Assembly: GCA_964252075.1 (NCBI GenBank)
Contig: CAXULY010000019.1
Span: 30,221 to 94,220, forward strand
Length of the DNA stretch: 64,000 nucleotides
Direction of reading: 5' to 3'
Source of the DNA: an uncultured Deinococcaceae bacterium
GTDB lineage: Bacteria > Deinococcota > Deinococci > Deinococcales > Deinococcaceae
Shown in pieces: positions 31,194-41,738 of this stretch; the first letter of the stretch is position 1; every line of letters starts with the position of its first letter. A model generated the notes under the pieces. That model was not told the DNA's origin. It saw only the letters and a program-made list of their open reading frames with translations, and searched no databases. The position numbers and the translations under genes are program-made.

Positions 31194-32927
31194 ATGATCA
31201 CCGTCCCGCACGTCCGCACTGCGAGGCCCTGGCATCAGCAGCTCGTCATGAAGCGGTGGGTGGAAGACCTGTTCCGCCTCGCAAGCCGCAAGCGCAGCTA
31301 CACCGTGCTGATGCACGACAGCAGCGATCTCGCGTGGGTGCATCCGGGAAAGCGCCTGGCGTTCATCACCACCAGCCTGCCCGGCGTACCCCTGGGGGTG
31401 CGCTGTGATCCCTTGCACGAGGACCTGCGGCGCGCGGCGCTGCTGCGCGCCCTGGCGGTGCACGAGGCGGGGCACGTGCGGCACAGCGGCCCGAAGCCCG
31501 AGGCGCTGGCGCTGGGGTGGGTGTGGAACGCGCTGGAGGACGAGCGCATGGAGCGCCTCATGGCCCGCGAGTTCCCCGAGGTGGACGCCGCCTTCACTTT
31601 GATGGGGGACGTCGTCGCCGAGGAGCAGCGGCCCGGGTGGGACGGGTCGGTGCTGGAGGGGTGCCTGTTCTGGCGCTTCACGCACGACCGGCCCGAAGCG
31701 GAGCGGTGGCGGCCCGCACCGGAGCACGCCGAGGTGTGGATGGATGTGCGCCCACTGGTGGAGGCCTCTTGGGCCGCGCGGAATTCCGAGGAAGTGCGGT
31801 GGATCGCCCGAATGATCCTGGCGCTGGTGAACGCTGAGCAGTCCGAGGCGAAGTCCACGCCGCAGGAGCCGCCCACCGCGGGCGAAGGCCAGGACAGGAA
31901 CGGTCCGGGCGGCACCCAGGATCAGGACGGCGCCGATCGCCCAGACCCGGACACCCAGAAGGGCACCCACCAGGTCCAGGCAGGGGAGGGGGGTGAGGCG
32001 CAGGATCCGCAGGATGAGGCGTCCACGGACGCACCCGGCGATCAGGACGGGGCGCTGAACGCGCGCGAAGCGCAGGTCATCGAGCGGTACGCCGACCTCA
32101 CCTCCGCCAGCGGCGCCGGGCAGGAAGCGGGCGACGAGGACGGGGCCGGCTCTGGGTGCAGCGCGCCGGGCGAAACCACCCCCACGGTCCTGCCCGCCCC
32201 ACCCAGCGTGGACCACGCGGGCGGGGCGCGGCTCGCGCGGGGCGTGGAGCGCTTCGCGCGGGACCTCGCGCCGCTCATCCGCCCGCCCGGCAAACCCGCA
32301 CGGACCCACGCGCACAACACACGCGGCCGTTACCGCTTCGATCGGGAGGTGCGTGGCAGTGAGCGGGTCTTCGATCAGCGCCTTGGCGCGAGCCGCCCGC
32401 AGGCCTTCACGCTGGACGTGCTGGTCGACGTGAGCTCCAGCATGCGCGGCGCCCGCCTGGACGCGGCGCGGGCGGGCGCGCTGATGGTGCTGCGGGCGGC
32501 GTCGTTGGTGCAGGGCGTGGTGCGCGTCACCAGCTTCCACACCCTGCCGCAGGAGGTCGTGCCGGCGGGCATGCCGTACGAGGCGGCCGCCGCGCGCCTC
32601 GCGGAACTCACCGCGCTCGGCTCCACGTGCCTCAACCCGGCGCTGCGGCAGGTGCTGCTCCGTCCGCTGGGGCGGGCGGGGGACGTGCACGTGGTCGTGA
32701 TCGTCTGCGACGGAGAGTTGACCGACGAGGACCACGCGGCGTGCCGCTCGCTGGTGGAGGTGGGCCGCGCGGGCCAGAAGCGATTCGTCCCCCTCCTGAT
32801 CGGCGAGGGCGCGGACGACGCGGACGGCTGGCGCGCGACCTTCGGGTCGGCGGTGCCGTGCCGGGACGTGGCGACCCTCGCGCGGCAACTCAAGGCGGTC
32901 CTCACCGCCATGCGCGCGCGCGGGTGA
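31194..32927 (+). CDS. vWA-domain protein with N-terminal zincin-like HExxH domain and acidic linker (CobT/NorD-like MoxR partner)
   Basis: VHEAGHVRH, WNALEDERMER, D/E/G-rich linker, MIDAS DVSSSM, GST, VCDG. Confidence 0.88.
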   Translation: MITVPHVRTARPWHQQLVMKRWVEDLFRLASRKRSYTVLMHDSSDLAWVHPGKRLAFITTSLPGVPLGVRCDPLHEDLRRAALLRALAVHEAGHVRHSGPKPEALALGWVWNALEDERMERLMAREFPEVDAAFTLMGDVVAEEQRPGWDGSVLEGCLFWRFTHDRPEAERWRPAPEHAEVWMDVRPLVEASWAARNSEEVRWIARMILALVNAEQSEAKSTPQEPPTAGEGQDRNGPGGTQDQDGADRPDPDTQKGTHQVQAGEGGEAQDPQDEASTDAPGDQDGALNAREAQVIERYADLTSASGAGQEAGDEDGAGSGCSAPGETTPTVLPAPPSVDHAGGARLARGVERFARDLAPLIRPPGKPARTHAHNTRGRYRFDREVRGSERVFDQRLGASRPQAFTLDVLVDVSSSMRGARLDAARAGALMVLRAASLVQGVVRVTSFHTLPQEVVPAGMPYEAAAARLAELTALGSTCLNPALRQVLLRPLGRAGDVHVVVIVCDGELTDEDHAACRSLVEVGRAGQKRFVPLLIGEGADDADGWRATFGSAVPCRDVATLARQLKAVLTAMRARG

Positions 32928-32942
32928 AGGGAGCTTGCGTTC

Positions 32943-33341
32943 GTGCGCCACCGTTCACACGGTGAATTCACGGAGCCGGTGGATGAGGACGCTGTGCTTA
33001 TGGGTCAGGATCCGGCTTGTCTCCGGAGTCTGCTGGGCATTGTGATGCAGGGCTTCGTGGACGAAGCGGCGCGCCGGGGCGTACCGGTGCACCTGCTCGG
33101 AGGCGCGGAGGCGCGCCTTCTGCTGGACGTGCCGGAAGGGCCGAGCGTGGCGCTCAGCAGGGTGCTGGAGTCCACCGCGCTGGGTGCCTTCGATGACCTG
33201 CGCAGTTGCGCGCTGGCGGACGTCACAAACCCCGGCGAGCTGTGGGCGGTGGCGGAGCTGCGCCTGACCGGCGGGCGGACCGCCACCGCCCTGCTTTGTC
33301 ATCTCCCGGTTCGGGGGGCACCTGCCGTCCTGCAGGCGTGA
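32943..33341 (+). CDS. Hypothetical protein downstream of the vWA gene
   Basis: RBS GGGAG upstream; co-oriented, 15 bp after the vWA stop. Confidence 0.55.
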   Translation: MRHRSHGEFTEPVDEDAVLMGQDPACLRSLLGIVMQGFVDEAARRGVPVHLLGGAEARLLLDVPEGPSVALSRVLESTALGAFDDLRSCALADVTNPGELWAVAELRLTGGRTATALLCHLPVRGAPAVLQA

Positions 33342-33471
33342 CACTTGACACCTGCGCGCCGTTCGATGCGCGGATCGGCGGACCTCAAAAGGCGGTGTGG
33401 CGGGGTCGTGCTGAGCGCAGGCGTGGCTGTGGGGCTTGTTCGCACAGTGAAGCGCAACCACCCTGGCGTTC

Positions 33472-34644
33472 GTGAACACGACCTTGAAGACCGCCTCCCT
33501 CCTGACGACCCTCGCCCTGCTGCTCGCCGCCTGCGGCGACCTCCCCCTTCCCGGCATGGGTGCCTCGAATGGCACCAGCACGGGCGGCACTTCGACCGGA
33601 GGAACCAGCACGGGCGGCGACTCCACCGGCGGCACGAGCACCGCCCCCACGCCCGACCCCACCCTGCTCATCACCGGCAAGACCGCCACCGCCGGCGACC
33701 TCACCTACCGCGGTGGTGGCCCCGTCACGCTCAGCGTGCAGGACCTGCCCGAGGGCACCACGGTCCGCTGGACGAGCAGCCAGGGCGACCTTGCCGAAAC
33801 CGGAAGCGGAACGGCCACCTTCCCGTACAGCCCCGCAAACAGACTCGCGCTGGACGGCTCGACGGACACCATCGTGACCGCCACCCTCACCGGCAAGACC
33901 GGCACGACCACCCTGCGGCAGGCGCTGCGTCTGGATGACCAGGCGCCGCTCGCGCAGGGCGGGGTGAGCGTCACGGTGAAGGGCAAGACGGGCTACCTCG
34001 GCAGCGGGAACACCTACCTGCCGAGCGGCGCGACCTTCAACGTCAGCTATGCCGACACGGGCGTGGGCCTCTCGAAGGCGGTGCTCAGCGCGTACCGCAA
34101 CGGCGCGCCGGTGATGGACCACGTGATGAGCACCACGCAGCTCAGCGAGGCGGGCGGCTACACCCTGCAGAGCACCCCCATCGCGGACCTGCTCGGCAAC
34201 CAGGTGGGGGGCGACGCGGTGCTCGGGGGGAGTTTCGCGGTGGACTTCACTGGGCCGCTCGTGACGGCGGACCGCGCGCAGGGCGCCGCCATTCAATCGC
34301 CCGCCTCCGTGAGCAGTGGCACGTCCACGGGTGGCACGAGCACCGGGGGGACCAGCACGGGCGGCACCAGCAGCGCCGGGGCGCTCAGCGACCTGCAGGT
34401 GGACGACGCCCTCACCTTCACCGTTAGCGACCCGGCCCTCGCGGACGGCACGGCGGGCAGCGGCGTCAAGACCCTCACCATCAGCCCCGCCGGGACGGTC
34501 AGCGAGGCCACCGCGAGCGTCACATGGCAGCAGCTGCGCACCGCGGGCGTTAAGGGCAGCGCCGCAACCGTCACCGTGACCGCCACGGACAGCGCCGGAA
34601 ACACCACGACGTTCGCGCAGCGCGTCACCCTCCCCAGCCCCTGA
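33472..34644 (+). CDS. Lipoprotein with Ig-like beta domains and GGTST repeats
   Basis: Lipobox LLAAC; Thr/Ser/Gly rich; TVTATDSAGN Ig-like motif. Confidence 0.85.
   Translation: MNTTLKTASLLTTLALLLAACGDLPLPGMGASNGTSTGGTSTGGTSTGGDSTGGTSTAPTPDPTLLITGKTATAGDLTYRGGGPVTLSVQDLPEGTTVRWTSSQGDLAETGSGTATFPYSPANRLALDGSTDTIVTATLTGKTGTTTLRQALRLDDQAPLAQGGVSVTVKGKTGYLGSGNTYLPSGATFNVSYADTGVGLSKAVLSAYRNGAPVMDHVMSTTQLSEAGGYTLQSTPIADLLGNQVGGDAVLGGSFAVDFTGPLVTADRAQGAAIQSPASVSSGTSTGGTSTGGTSTGGTSSAGALSDLQVDDALTFTVSDPALADGTAGSGVKTLTISPAGTVSEATASVTWQQLRTAGVKGSAATVTVTATDSAGNTTTFAQRVTLPSP
33571..33642 (+). repeat. 15-bp (GGTST) tandem coding repeat, block 1
   Basis: GTSTGGTSTGGTSTGGDSTGGTST with varied synonymous codons. 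Confidence 0.85.
34318..34374 (+). repeat. 15-bp (GGTST) tandem coding repeat, block 2
   Basis: GTSTGGTSTGGTSTGGTSS. Confidence 0.85.
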
Positions 34645-34652
34645 CCCGAACA

Positions 34653-34682
34653 GGCGCACCGTCGCTGCGGTGACGGTGCGCC
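34653..34682. terminator. Hairpin between the convergent lipoprotein and nucS genes
   Basis: GGCGCACCGTC ... GACGGTGCGCC inverted repeat. Confidence 0.55.
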
Positions 34683-34792
34683 CCGTGTCGTGGCGGACCC
34701 ACGGCCACCGCAGGTCGGTGCCCGTCAGCGCCCATCTCAGCCGGGCGGCCACGAACGTCGACCGCACGCGGACGGGTGGGACGGCCGCGGCG

Positions 34793-35545
34793 TCAGAACA
34801 AGCCGGGCTGGGCGCTGGTTTCTTCCATGCTGGGCAGCGCGTGAATGGCTTTGTGCTCGAAGCCCAGCCGCTCCAGCTGCAGCGCGGCGGGTTTCGTGAT
34901 GCTGGGCGACGCGATCACGCCCCGCACCTCACCCGTCACCTGGGCGCGCACCGCCTGCACGTACCGCTGCAACTGATGCACGGCGTCCTGGGTGGCCGTC
35001 CCGCGCTTCAGTTCGATCACCACATGGCGCCCCTGCGCGTCCCTGGCGTACAGATCGATGCCGCCCGCGTGCGTGAGCAGCTCCCGGTCCAGCACCGTGA
35101 GACCCGGCTCGAGCAGGTCCGGGTGCCGGGCCAGGGTGCCCTGCATCTGCGCTTCGGTGCCGGCCAGCAGGAACCCCGCTTCGTCCGCCAGTTCCACCGC
35201 CTGCGCGTGACTCACCTCCAGAAACGTCACCGTGACGGTCTCCTCCGGCGAGCGGCGGGTGGCCCTCAGCACGCAGCAGCCGTCCTGGACCGTGGCGCGC
35301 AGGTCGTCGGTCCTCGGCTGCCAGTTCACGGGTTTCACGCCCCTCGGGCCATGAATCTGCAGGCTGCCGTCCGCTTTGATGAAGAGCAGGTACTGGCCGG
35401 CCTCTGCGAGGCTCGCCGCCCGCCCCACGTACTGAACCTCGGCGTGGGCGGCGACGAGCAGCAGCTGTCCGCCCGAGCGGAAATGACGCTCGAAGAACGC
35501 CTGCAGCGCCTGAGCGTCCGGGGTGACCAGGTGATCGCGCAGCAC
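34793..35545 (-). CDS. nucS: Endonuclease NucS/EndoMS
   Basis: YVGRAAS, KADGSLQIH, KPVNWQP, GGIDLYARD...VIELKR, QLQRY; C-terminal QPGLF; leaderless-type TACAAT-N6-GTG. Confidence 0.92.
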   Translation of the reverse strand: MLRDHLVTPDAQALQAFFERHFRSGGQLLLVAAHAEVQYVGRAASLAEAGQYLLFIKADGSLQIHGPRGVKPVNWQPRTDDLRATVQDGCCVLRATRRSPEETVTVTFLEVSHAQAVELADEAGFLLAGTEAQMQGTLARHPDLLEPGLTVLDRELLTHAGGIDLYARDAQGRHVVIELKRGTATQDAVHQLQRYVQAVRAQVTGEVRGVIASPSITKPAALQLERLGFEHKAIHALPSMEETSAQPGLF

Positions 35546-36356
35546 CCAGTCATTGTAGGTCGGCGCGGCGGGCGCAACGGTCGCCTGTGTGCGATTTCCG
35601 GCGGGCCAAAACGGCGTGTGGCATGACGACGCGAACCGGGCGGACCACCACGCGCGGGAGTGCACGCACTTCGCGATGACGGTCCGTGCCGCGCGGAGGG
35701 CGGCGGGTTCGTGCGAACGGACCGCAGGACCGCGCCTTCGGCGGCATGGGCCGGTCCTGGCCTTCCTGAGGCGGCCCGGGCGCTGGGCGGGTTTCGCTCT
35801 GATGATGCGGTGACCAGTCCACCCGCGACAGGCGTGCGACAAGTGCCACGACCGCCTGGACCGCTTGGGCACGGGGGGTCTCGTGGTCCAGCGGCACCGC
35901 GGTCGCCCCGTGCGCGCGACGCCACAGGTACTGAAAACAGCAGACCACATGCCCACTGCGAATCCTGCCGGTCCTGAGGTGTTGGACGCATCAACCACCT
36001 GAGGTGATCGCGCCATCGTTGACCGTTTCGCCCTGTTGGCATTCAGCGTCACTCGGGGCGTCACGCCCTGGTGAACCAGGCTCGCCCTCGCAGGCCTTTC
36101 AGGCCCAAGGAGCGCCGCCTCGCGGCGCTCCTTGGGCTGTGCACGGGACGGTTGGGCGGCCCATCAGCCTTTCCATGCCCGCCCGCACGGTGATCAACGC
36201 TGGCCTGACGTTCACCGTGCGTCACCGCAGGCCTTCACGTGAGGCAGAGCGGATCTGAGTCCGCGCTTCATCATTCACAAACTTTAGGTCGAGGCCATGT
36301 GAAGGGTGTCTTCCTCCCCAACACTGAACCGCAGCACAACTCAACAGGAGGACCAC

Positions 36357-37253
36357 ATGGCACAGCTCATTTCCCTTTCCAGCCTGACGCGCGAGCGTCA
36401 ATACGACCTCGGCCAGGACCACTACGACCCCACCGGCGCCACCGCCTACGGCGTGAACGGCGAGAAGATCGGCCGGGTCGTGGACGCCCTCGCCGAGGAC
36501 GGCGGCAAACTCCGCTACCTGGTGGTGGAGGTCGGCGGCTGGTTCTCCAGCAAGCACGTCGCGCTCCCCGTGGGCACCGCGCGCTTCGACGACGCCGACC
36601 ACGCCGTGTACTTCGACAACCTCACCCGCGAGCAGGCCAAAGCCATGACCGAGTACGTGCCCGGACAGGACTACGCCTTTGAGTCGCAGGCAAGTGACGA
36701 GCGCGTGCTGCGCGGCCGGGAATACGTGGGCGACATCGGCCAGATCGGCGCGACCGACACCACCAGCGCCACCGCAGGGACGGACCGCGGGTACAACTAC
36801 CGCGATGACGTCACGGACGACACGCTGTACAAGACGCCCCAACGCCTGCGCCTCCTCGAGGAGCGCCTCCTCGTGAACAAGGAGCGGTACCAGGCGGGCC
36901 GCGTCACCGTCGGCAAGCGCGTGGAGACCCACCAGGAAAACGTTGCCGTGGAGCTCAGCCACGACGAGGTCGTCATCGAGCGCCACGCCGTCACCGACGG
37001 GCGCCCGGTGGACGGCAGCGTCACCCTCGGGGCCGCCACCGAGACCCTCCGGGTGGACCTGGAGGCCGAGCGCGCCCACGTCCAGAAGCAGGCGTACGTC
37101 ACGGAAGAGGTGGAGATCGGCAAGCGCACCGAGACGGAACACCAGACCTTCAGTGACACGGTGGGCAAGGAGGTGCTGGACGTCACCCAGACCGGTGAGG
37201 TGCAGATGACAGGCGACGCCCACACCACAGACCCCAAACGCGACCGCCGCTAA
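36357..37253 (+). CDS. PRC-barrel + DUF2382 (YsnF/AvaK) protein
   Basis: GEKIGRV...[43 protein letters not shown]. Confidence 0.92.
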   Translation: MAQLISLSSLTRERQYDLGQDHYDPTGATAYGVNGEKIGRVVDALAEDGGKLRYLVVEVGGWFSSKHVALPVGTARFDDADHAVYFDNLTREQAKAMTEYVPGQDYAFESQASDERVLRGREYVGDIGQIGATDTTSATAGTDRGYNYRDDVTDDTLYKTPQRLRLLEERLLVNKERYQAGRVTVGKRVETHQENVAVELSHDEVVIERHAVTDGRPVDGSVTLGAATETLRVDLEAERAHVQKQAYVTEEVEIGKRTETEHQTFSDTVGKEVLDVTQTGEVQMTGDAHTTDPKRDRR

Positions 37254-37266
37254 AGCCCGCAGACAG

Positions 37267-37299
37267 CGACCGCGGAGCGAAAGTGTCGCTCCGCGGTCG
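37267..37299 (+). other. 14-bp intergenic stem-loop (terminator or mRNA stabiliser)
   Basis: CGACCGCGGAGCGA-AAGTG-TCGCTCCGCGGTCG. Confidence 0.65.
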
Positions 37300-37334
37300 G
37301 ACGCGCACGACCTCACAGACAACGGGAGTCGCAC

Positions 37335-38282
37335 ATGACCCTTGTGGACCACGGAAATTTCCTGCAGCGCATCTCCTGGACGGGCGTGATCGCCGGACTG
37401 GCGGTCGGCGCGGCGACGCAACTCGCCCTCACCGCGCTGGGCGTGGTGTTTGGCGCGGGCGCCGACAGCTTCGGGAGCCTCGCCATCGGCGCGGCCATCT
37501 GGCTCGCCGTCTCGGTCATCATCTCGTCGTTCCTGGCGGGCCTCGTCGCCGCCCGAGCGGCCGGGTACCTCACGCCCCTGCAAGGTCGGTTCAACGGCCT
37601 GATCACCGGGTCGCTGCTCGCGCTGCTGTTCACCTTCATCCTGGGGAACACCCTCACCAGCGCGTTCAACGCGGCCAGCAGCGTCGTGACCGGCGCGGCC
37701 AACGTCACGGCCGCCGCGGGCACGGCCGCCGCCAACTCCGGGGTGGGGCAGACGGACGCGGCGCAGAGCCTCGTCGGTGGGCTGAACGAGGACCAGATTG
37801 GCTCGTTGATCGGCCAGGCCGCCCCCGACCTGAGTGAAGCGCAGGCGACGGCCGCCACCCGCGTGGTGACGGGCATCGTGCAGCGCGCCAGCACCGACAT
37901 CGGCCAGAACCTGTCGAACGTCTCCAGCCTCCCGGACCTGATCACCAGCCGGGTCAACAGCATCAGCAGCGCCCTGCAGGGGCAGGACTTCGTGAGCCGC
38001 CTGCAGAAGGCCGGGCTGAGTCAGAGTCAGGCGCAGGCCACCGCCACGCAGATCGCGCAGCGCGTCACGGACCTCAAGCGGCAGGCGGCGGACACCGCCG
38101 CCGCGGCGGAGCGCATCGCCCGTAAGACGGCCGTCACGGCCGCCTGGACGTTCCTGCTGGCCCTCGGCCTGATCCTGGGCGCCGCCACGCTCGGGGGTGG
38201 CCTGGGCCGGGATTTGCCGCAGGAGGGCGCGGTGGTGACCGGCACCGACCCGGTGACCCGCACCCCCCGCGACCAGGCCTGA
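37335..38282 (+). CDS. Membrane protein (RISW-type N-terminus, YrzE-like)
   Basis: RISWTGVIAG, several TM helices and a helical soluble domain. Confidence 0.8.
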   Translation: MTLVDHGNFLQRISWTGVIAGLAVGAATQLALTALGVVFGAGADSFGSLAIGAAIWLAVSVIISSFLAGLVAARAAGYLTPLQGRFNGLITGSLLALLFTFILGNTLTSAFNAASSVVTGAANVTAAAGTAAANSGVGQTDAAQSLVGGLNEDQIGSLIGQAAPDLSEAQATAATRVVTGIVQRASTDIGQNLSNVSSLPDLITSRVNSISSALQGQDFVSRLQKAGLSQSQAQATATQIAQRVTDLKRQAADTAAAAERIARKTAVTAAWTFLLALGLILGAATLGGGLGRDLPQEGAVVTGTDPVTRTPRDQA

Positions 38283-38301
38283 ACCCAATCGGCGCGCCAT
38301 G

Positions 38302-38341
38302 CGGCAGGGGCTGAACATCACCAGCCCCTGCCGTTCATTTT
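38302..38341 (+). terminator. Rho-independent terminator
   Basis: 12-bp stem CGGCAGGGGCTG/CAGCCCCTGCCG followed by TTCATTTT. Confidence 0.7.
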
Positions 38342-38363
38342 CTGCATTCCATTCGGGGGTGGC

Positions 38364-39899
38364 ATGGACATTCAAGAGGACCTGCGGAACCAGGTGAACG
38401 CCCAGGTGGTGGAGCGGCTCGGGGTGGACCTCGGCCTGACTCGGTCACAAACGCAGCTCGTGGCTGGTGAGGTCTTGCCCCATCAACTGGACGTGCTGAC
38501 GCAACGCTTTCAAACGCCGGCCGGTGCACAGCGGCTGTTGGATTCCGCCCAGCAGGACCTCCTGACGGGCAGCGTGCATGAACTGACCACCCCTGTGGGC
38601 ATCGGGCGACTGCAGCGGGCCGGCACGACGTTGCTGCCTGAGGTCATGGGGGCAACCCTGCCGGCTGAGGTGCAGCGCATCGCGGCCCTCAGCGGCGTTC
38701 CAGACGAGGGCGTGCGGCGCCTCATGGAACGGCTGTTGCCGCTCCTGCTGGGCCTGATCGTCCACCGGGCATCCGAACGTGGCCTGACCACCGCCACCCT
38801 CCACACGCTGTTCGGAGCGGGCGTGGCGGGGGCGGGCCTGGCCGCAGCGGGCACGACCCTTTCGTCCACGCCGGACGTGATCGTCGAACGGGGCGCGACC
38901 GCCCCCGCCACGCCCGCTCCGGTCCGGCCGGCCCCGCTGCCCCCGAAGAAGCGGCGACGGCGGGGCCTGGCGTGGCTGTGGCTCATTCCACTGGCGCTGC
39001 TGCTGGCGTTGCTGCCCCTGTTCCTGCGGCGCGGCCAGGCGGCCGCGCTGGCCGTCACCTCGCCCGCCGACCAGGCCAGCGTGCGCGGACCGGTTCAGGT
39101 GCAGGGCACCGGACGGACCGGGGAGACCGTCACGGTGAGCGAGAACGGTGCCGCCCTGACCCGCGTCCCGGTGGGCCCGGATGGTCACTTCAGCGCGACG
39201 CTGCCCGCCCCTTCCGTCGGCGCGCACCGCTACACCATCAGCGAGACCGGCACCACCGCCACCGTCAGCCGGGCGGTGACCCGTGTGGCGGTCGCCACCG
39301 CCACCCCGCACGCGAGCGCCGCACGCACCGGAACGAGCGGCGCCTCACCCGCCGCAGCGCCCACCGCAGATAGCGTCGCCTTCACGGCGCCGACGGACGG
39401 ATCGTCGGTGGCGGCGGACCAGCTCACCTTGCAAGGCCGTGGGCCAGCTCAGGCCGAGGTGGACCTGTCGGAAGACGGCACCAGCCTGGGGCACGTCCGC
39501 ACGGACGACACGGGCTCCTGGTCGTTCGTGGTGCCGAGCCCGCCCGCCGGGGCGCACACCTACACCGCCGCCGCGGGCGCGACCTCCAGCGCCCTGACCC
39601 TCACCGTCACCGCGGGCGCGGCGCAGGTCGGCGTGTGCGCCAAGCCGTTCTCGCTGTCGCTGAAAGGCGACCAGCGCGTCAAGGCGCCGTTTCGATTCGG
39701 TGGGGTGGGCAGCGGCAAAGCGTACGAGGTGACCGTCAGTCGGGGCAGCCGAACGGTGGGGCGCAAGACCCTGACGCTCGGCGCGGGGTGCAGCTGGAGT
39801 TACACCAGCCGGCCCGGCCAGGGCCGCATCACCTACACCCTGCGGGAGTCAGGCGAGCGTGCCGTCGTGGGCCGCGTCACCCTGGACGTCATCCGCTGA
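38364..39899 (+). CDS. DUF937-like domain + TM + Ig-like repeats
   Basis: Helical N-domain (LMERLLPLLLGLI), KKRRRR followed by a TM helix, two similar Ig-like modules (VTSPADQASV / FTAPTDGSSV; GAHRYT / GAHTYT). Confidence 0.75.
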   Translation: MDIQEDLRNQVNAQVVERLGVDLGLTRSQTQLVAGEVLPHQLDVLTQRFQTPAGAQRLLDSAQQDLLTGSVHELTTPVGIGRLQRAGTTLLPEVMGATLPAEVQRIAALSGVPDEGVRRLMERLLPLLLGLIVHRASERGLTTATLHTLFGAGVAGAGLAAAGTTLSSTPDVIVERGATAPATPAPVRPAPLPPKKRRRRGLAWLWLIPLALLLALLPLFLRRGQAAALAVTSPADQASVRGPVQVQGTGRTGETVTVSENGAALTRVPVGPDGHFSATLPAPSVGAHRYTISETGTTATVSRAVTRVAVATATPHASAARTGTSGASPAAAPTADSVAFTAPTDGSSVAADQLTLQGRGPAQAEVDLSEDGTSLGHVRTDDTGSWSFVVPSPPAGAHTYTAAAGATSSALTLTVTAGAAQVGVCAKPFSLSLKGDQRVKAPFRFGGVGSGKAYEVTVSRGSRTVGRKTLTLGAGCSWSYTSRPGQGRITYTLRESGERAVVGRVTLDVIR

Positions 39900-40451
39900 A
39901 CACCCATCAGGAAAGAAGCACGCCGGACCTGCAACTGCATGTCCGGCGCGTTGAGCAAATCGCCTTTGACCTTCGCAGTCGGCACGCTGGACATGGCGGC
40001 TGGCGTTCAGTCCGGGCGTGCCGCGCTGTGGTCCCGTCCGTCAGGGTCCAGCCGTGCACCGAACACCGCGCTCGGCTGGGCGATCGTCAGGACCCTGCGG
40101 TGTCCCTCCACCCTTTGGATGTTCGTTCTGAAGCGCCCTGCCCGACCATGCAGGATTTCGTCCTCACACCACGCGGGGAGCGGCAACCGGTCCATCAGGG
40201 AGGGAAGGCTTCTGGAACGCCGGTGGTGGACCGCTCTGCGCAGGATGGATGGGGATGGGCGGCAGGGGGCGGCGTTCCTGATCGCCGCTTCGCGCGTGGC
40301 GCGTCGGGCGGTGGACGCCTGAAGGCGGGCGGCGCGACGCGCACGACCACCGCGCGGACCTGCGCGTCCTGCTTGTCCTCGAGGACGGCCAGGGCACGAG
40401 AAGGAGATGCGGAACGGCCACCCTGGAGACCGCAAGGGCAGTCGCGACAGG

Positions 40452-40742
40452 TCACGAACACAAGCCGATGGCCATGCCTGCGACGCGACGCGGCGTCACG
40501 CCCCCGATGGTGGCGTCCGTCGGTACAGGTTCAGCCACCAGCTCGATGGCCAGAATGGCGCACCCTTCTTCCGGACACCAGTTCCGTGCCAGGAAACCCA
40601 CAACCTGGAAGAGGCGTCCCTCCACGGACAGCACCGCGTACAGCTGCGGCAGGGGTCCGAGGGTCACGTGTTCCAGCAGATGCAGGCGCTGGGACCCCAG
40701 GTGGTGGAAGAGGGGCACTGAGAGGGAGACCACGTCGCGCAT
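40452..40742 (-). CDS. Small hypothetical protein, paralog of 52290-52520
   Basis: VEGRLFQVVGFLARNW versus IEGRTFKVVGVLTRGW; leaderless-type TACGGT-N5-ATG. Confidence 0.6.
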   Translation of the reverse strand: MRDVVSLSVPLFHHLGSQRLHLLEHVTLGPLPQLYAVLSVEGRLFQVVGFLARNWCPEEGCAILAIELVAEPVPTDATIGGVTPRRVAGMAIGLCS

Positions 40743-41207
40743 GGTTCACCGTAAACGGCTGGTGTGACACACTCGTGATGGCACCACCAAGCGCCGCAAC
40801 GACAATTGTCCTGTGGGCGAAACCTTTCCTGAACCTGGGTTGACTGGACGCTCGGCTTTGAGGGGTCGAGGCTTCGTCCTGATGCTCCATCCGCGTCACA
40901 GCGACCGGCCGGGGCCTACACGAACGCCCTGAAGCTGATCTTCCGATCGATCGGCCGCCCATTGACCCCACAACGGGCGAGCGCGTGGCCTGAAGGCGCA
41001 GGCGCGCTCCCTCGTGGTTTCCGCTGAACAGAAGGACGATCACGCTTCCCGCTGCATGATTCGCGAGCTCACCCGCATCGAACGCCGGCCGGACGACATC
41101 AGGCCTGGGCCCATCGTCGGGGTCGTCCCTGCGTCAGAGCTGCGGGATGGGCGCGAGCGCCGCCGGTCCATCAACCTCCAGCCGCTGGTCCTGCTGGTTC
41201 GCCGCCC

Positions 41208-41480
41208 TCACGTTCCCACGAGGTCCAGCTGCACCTCCATGATCCAGTCGCCCTGATCCTCGCCGCTCGTCTCGAGGTTCACCTTGCGCCACATCCCACC
41301 CTGCAGCGCTTCAGCCTGCCCGTTCAGCTGCGCCCACCGAAGCAGCACTTGGTCCGCGGCGGTGGTGTTCACCACCGGACCATGATGGATGACCGCGGCG
41401 ACCTTTACTGCGGGCAGCTCCAGCTCTTCCAGATCGGCCACGCGTCCCTGCGGCGACCTGTCCCCTGAAATGACCTGCAC
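41208..41480 (-). pseudogene. GyrI-like effector-binding domain fragment (C-terminus of a MerR/AraC-type regulator)
   Basis: ELPAVKVAAVIHHGP...LLRWAQLNG...WIMEVQL; no DNA-binding domain upstream. Confidence 0.55.
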
Positions 41481-41738
41481 GGCCCCTTCCGGCCCGGTGG
41501 GTGCCGTGAAACGGGCGTGCGCCAAAGCGGCGTGCGGGCGTCCGTGACGCCCGCATGGGACGGCCGACGCGTTCCGACGCGCGGTGTTGAGCGGCGTACC
41601 CGTCTGTTCGAGGCGCTTCGTGTGGGGCGATCGTTGCGCCTCAAGGTGAGGATGTCTGGCGCTGGGTGAGCTGTGAGCCGACCGTGATGCGTTTCGTTCG
41701 TGGATTTGGCGGCGGGAAGCCTTGTGGCTCCGCGCGAC

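Noticed and set aside
31194..32927. Cobalamin cobaltochelatase CobT or nitric oxide reductase NorD as the actual function
   Set aside because: Only the architecture is shared; there are no cob or nor genes in the neighbourhood.
35550..36064. Long N-terminal extension of NucS in the ORF track
   Set aside because: Low-complexity sequence; the NucS domain starts at GTG 35545, directly behind TACAAT.
40007..40200. Possible Crp/Fnr cNMP-domain remnant (GRFRTNIQRVEGHRRVLTIAQPSAVFG)
   Set aside because: Weak resemblance only, interrupted by a stop, and no HTH follows.
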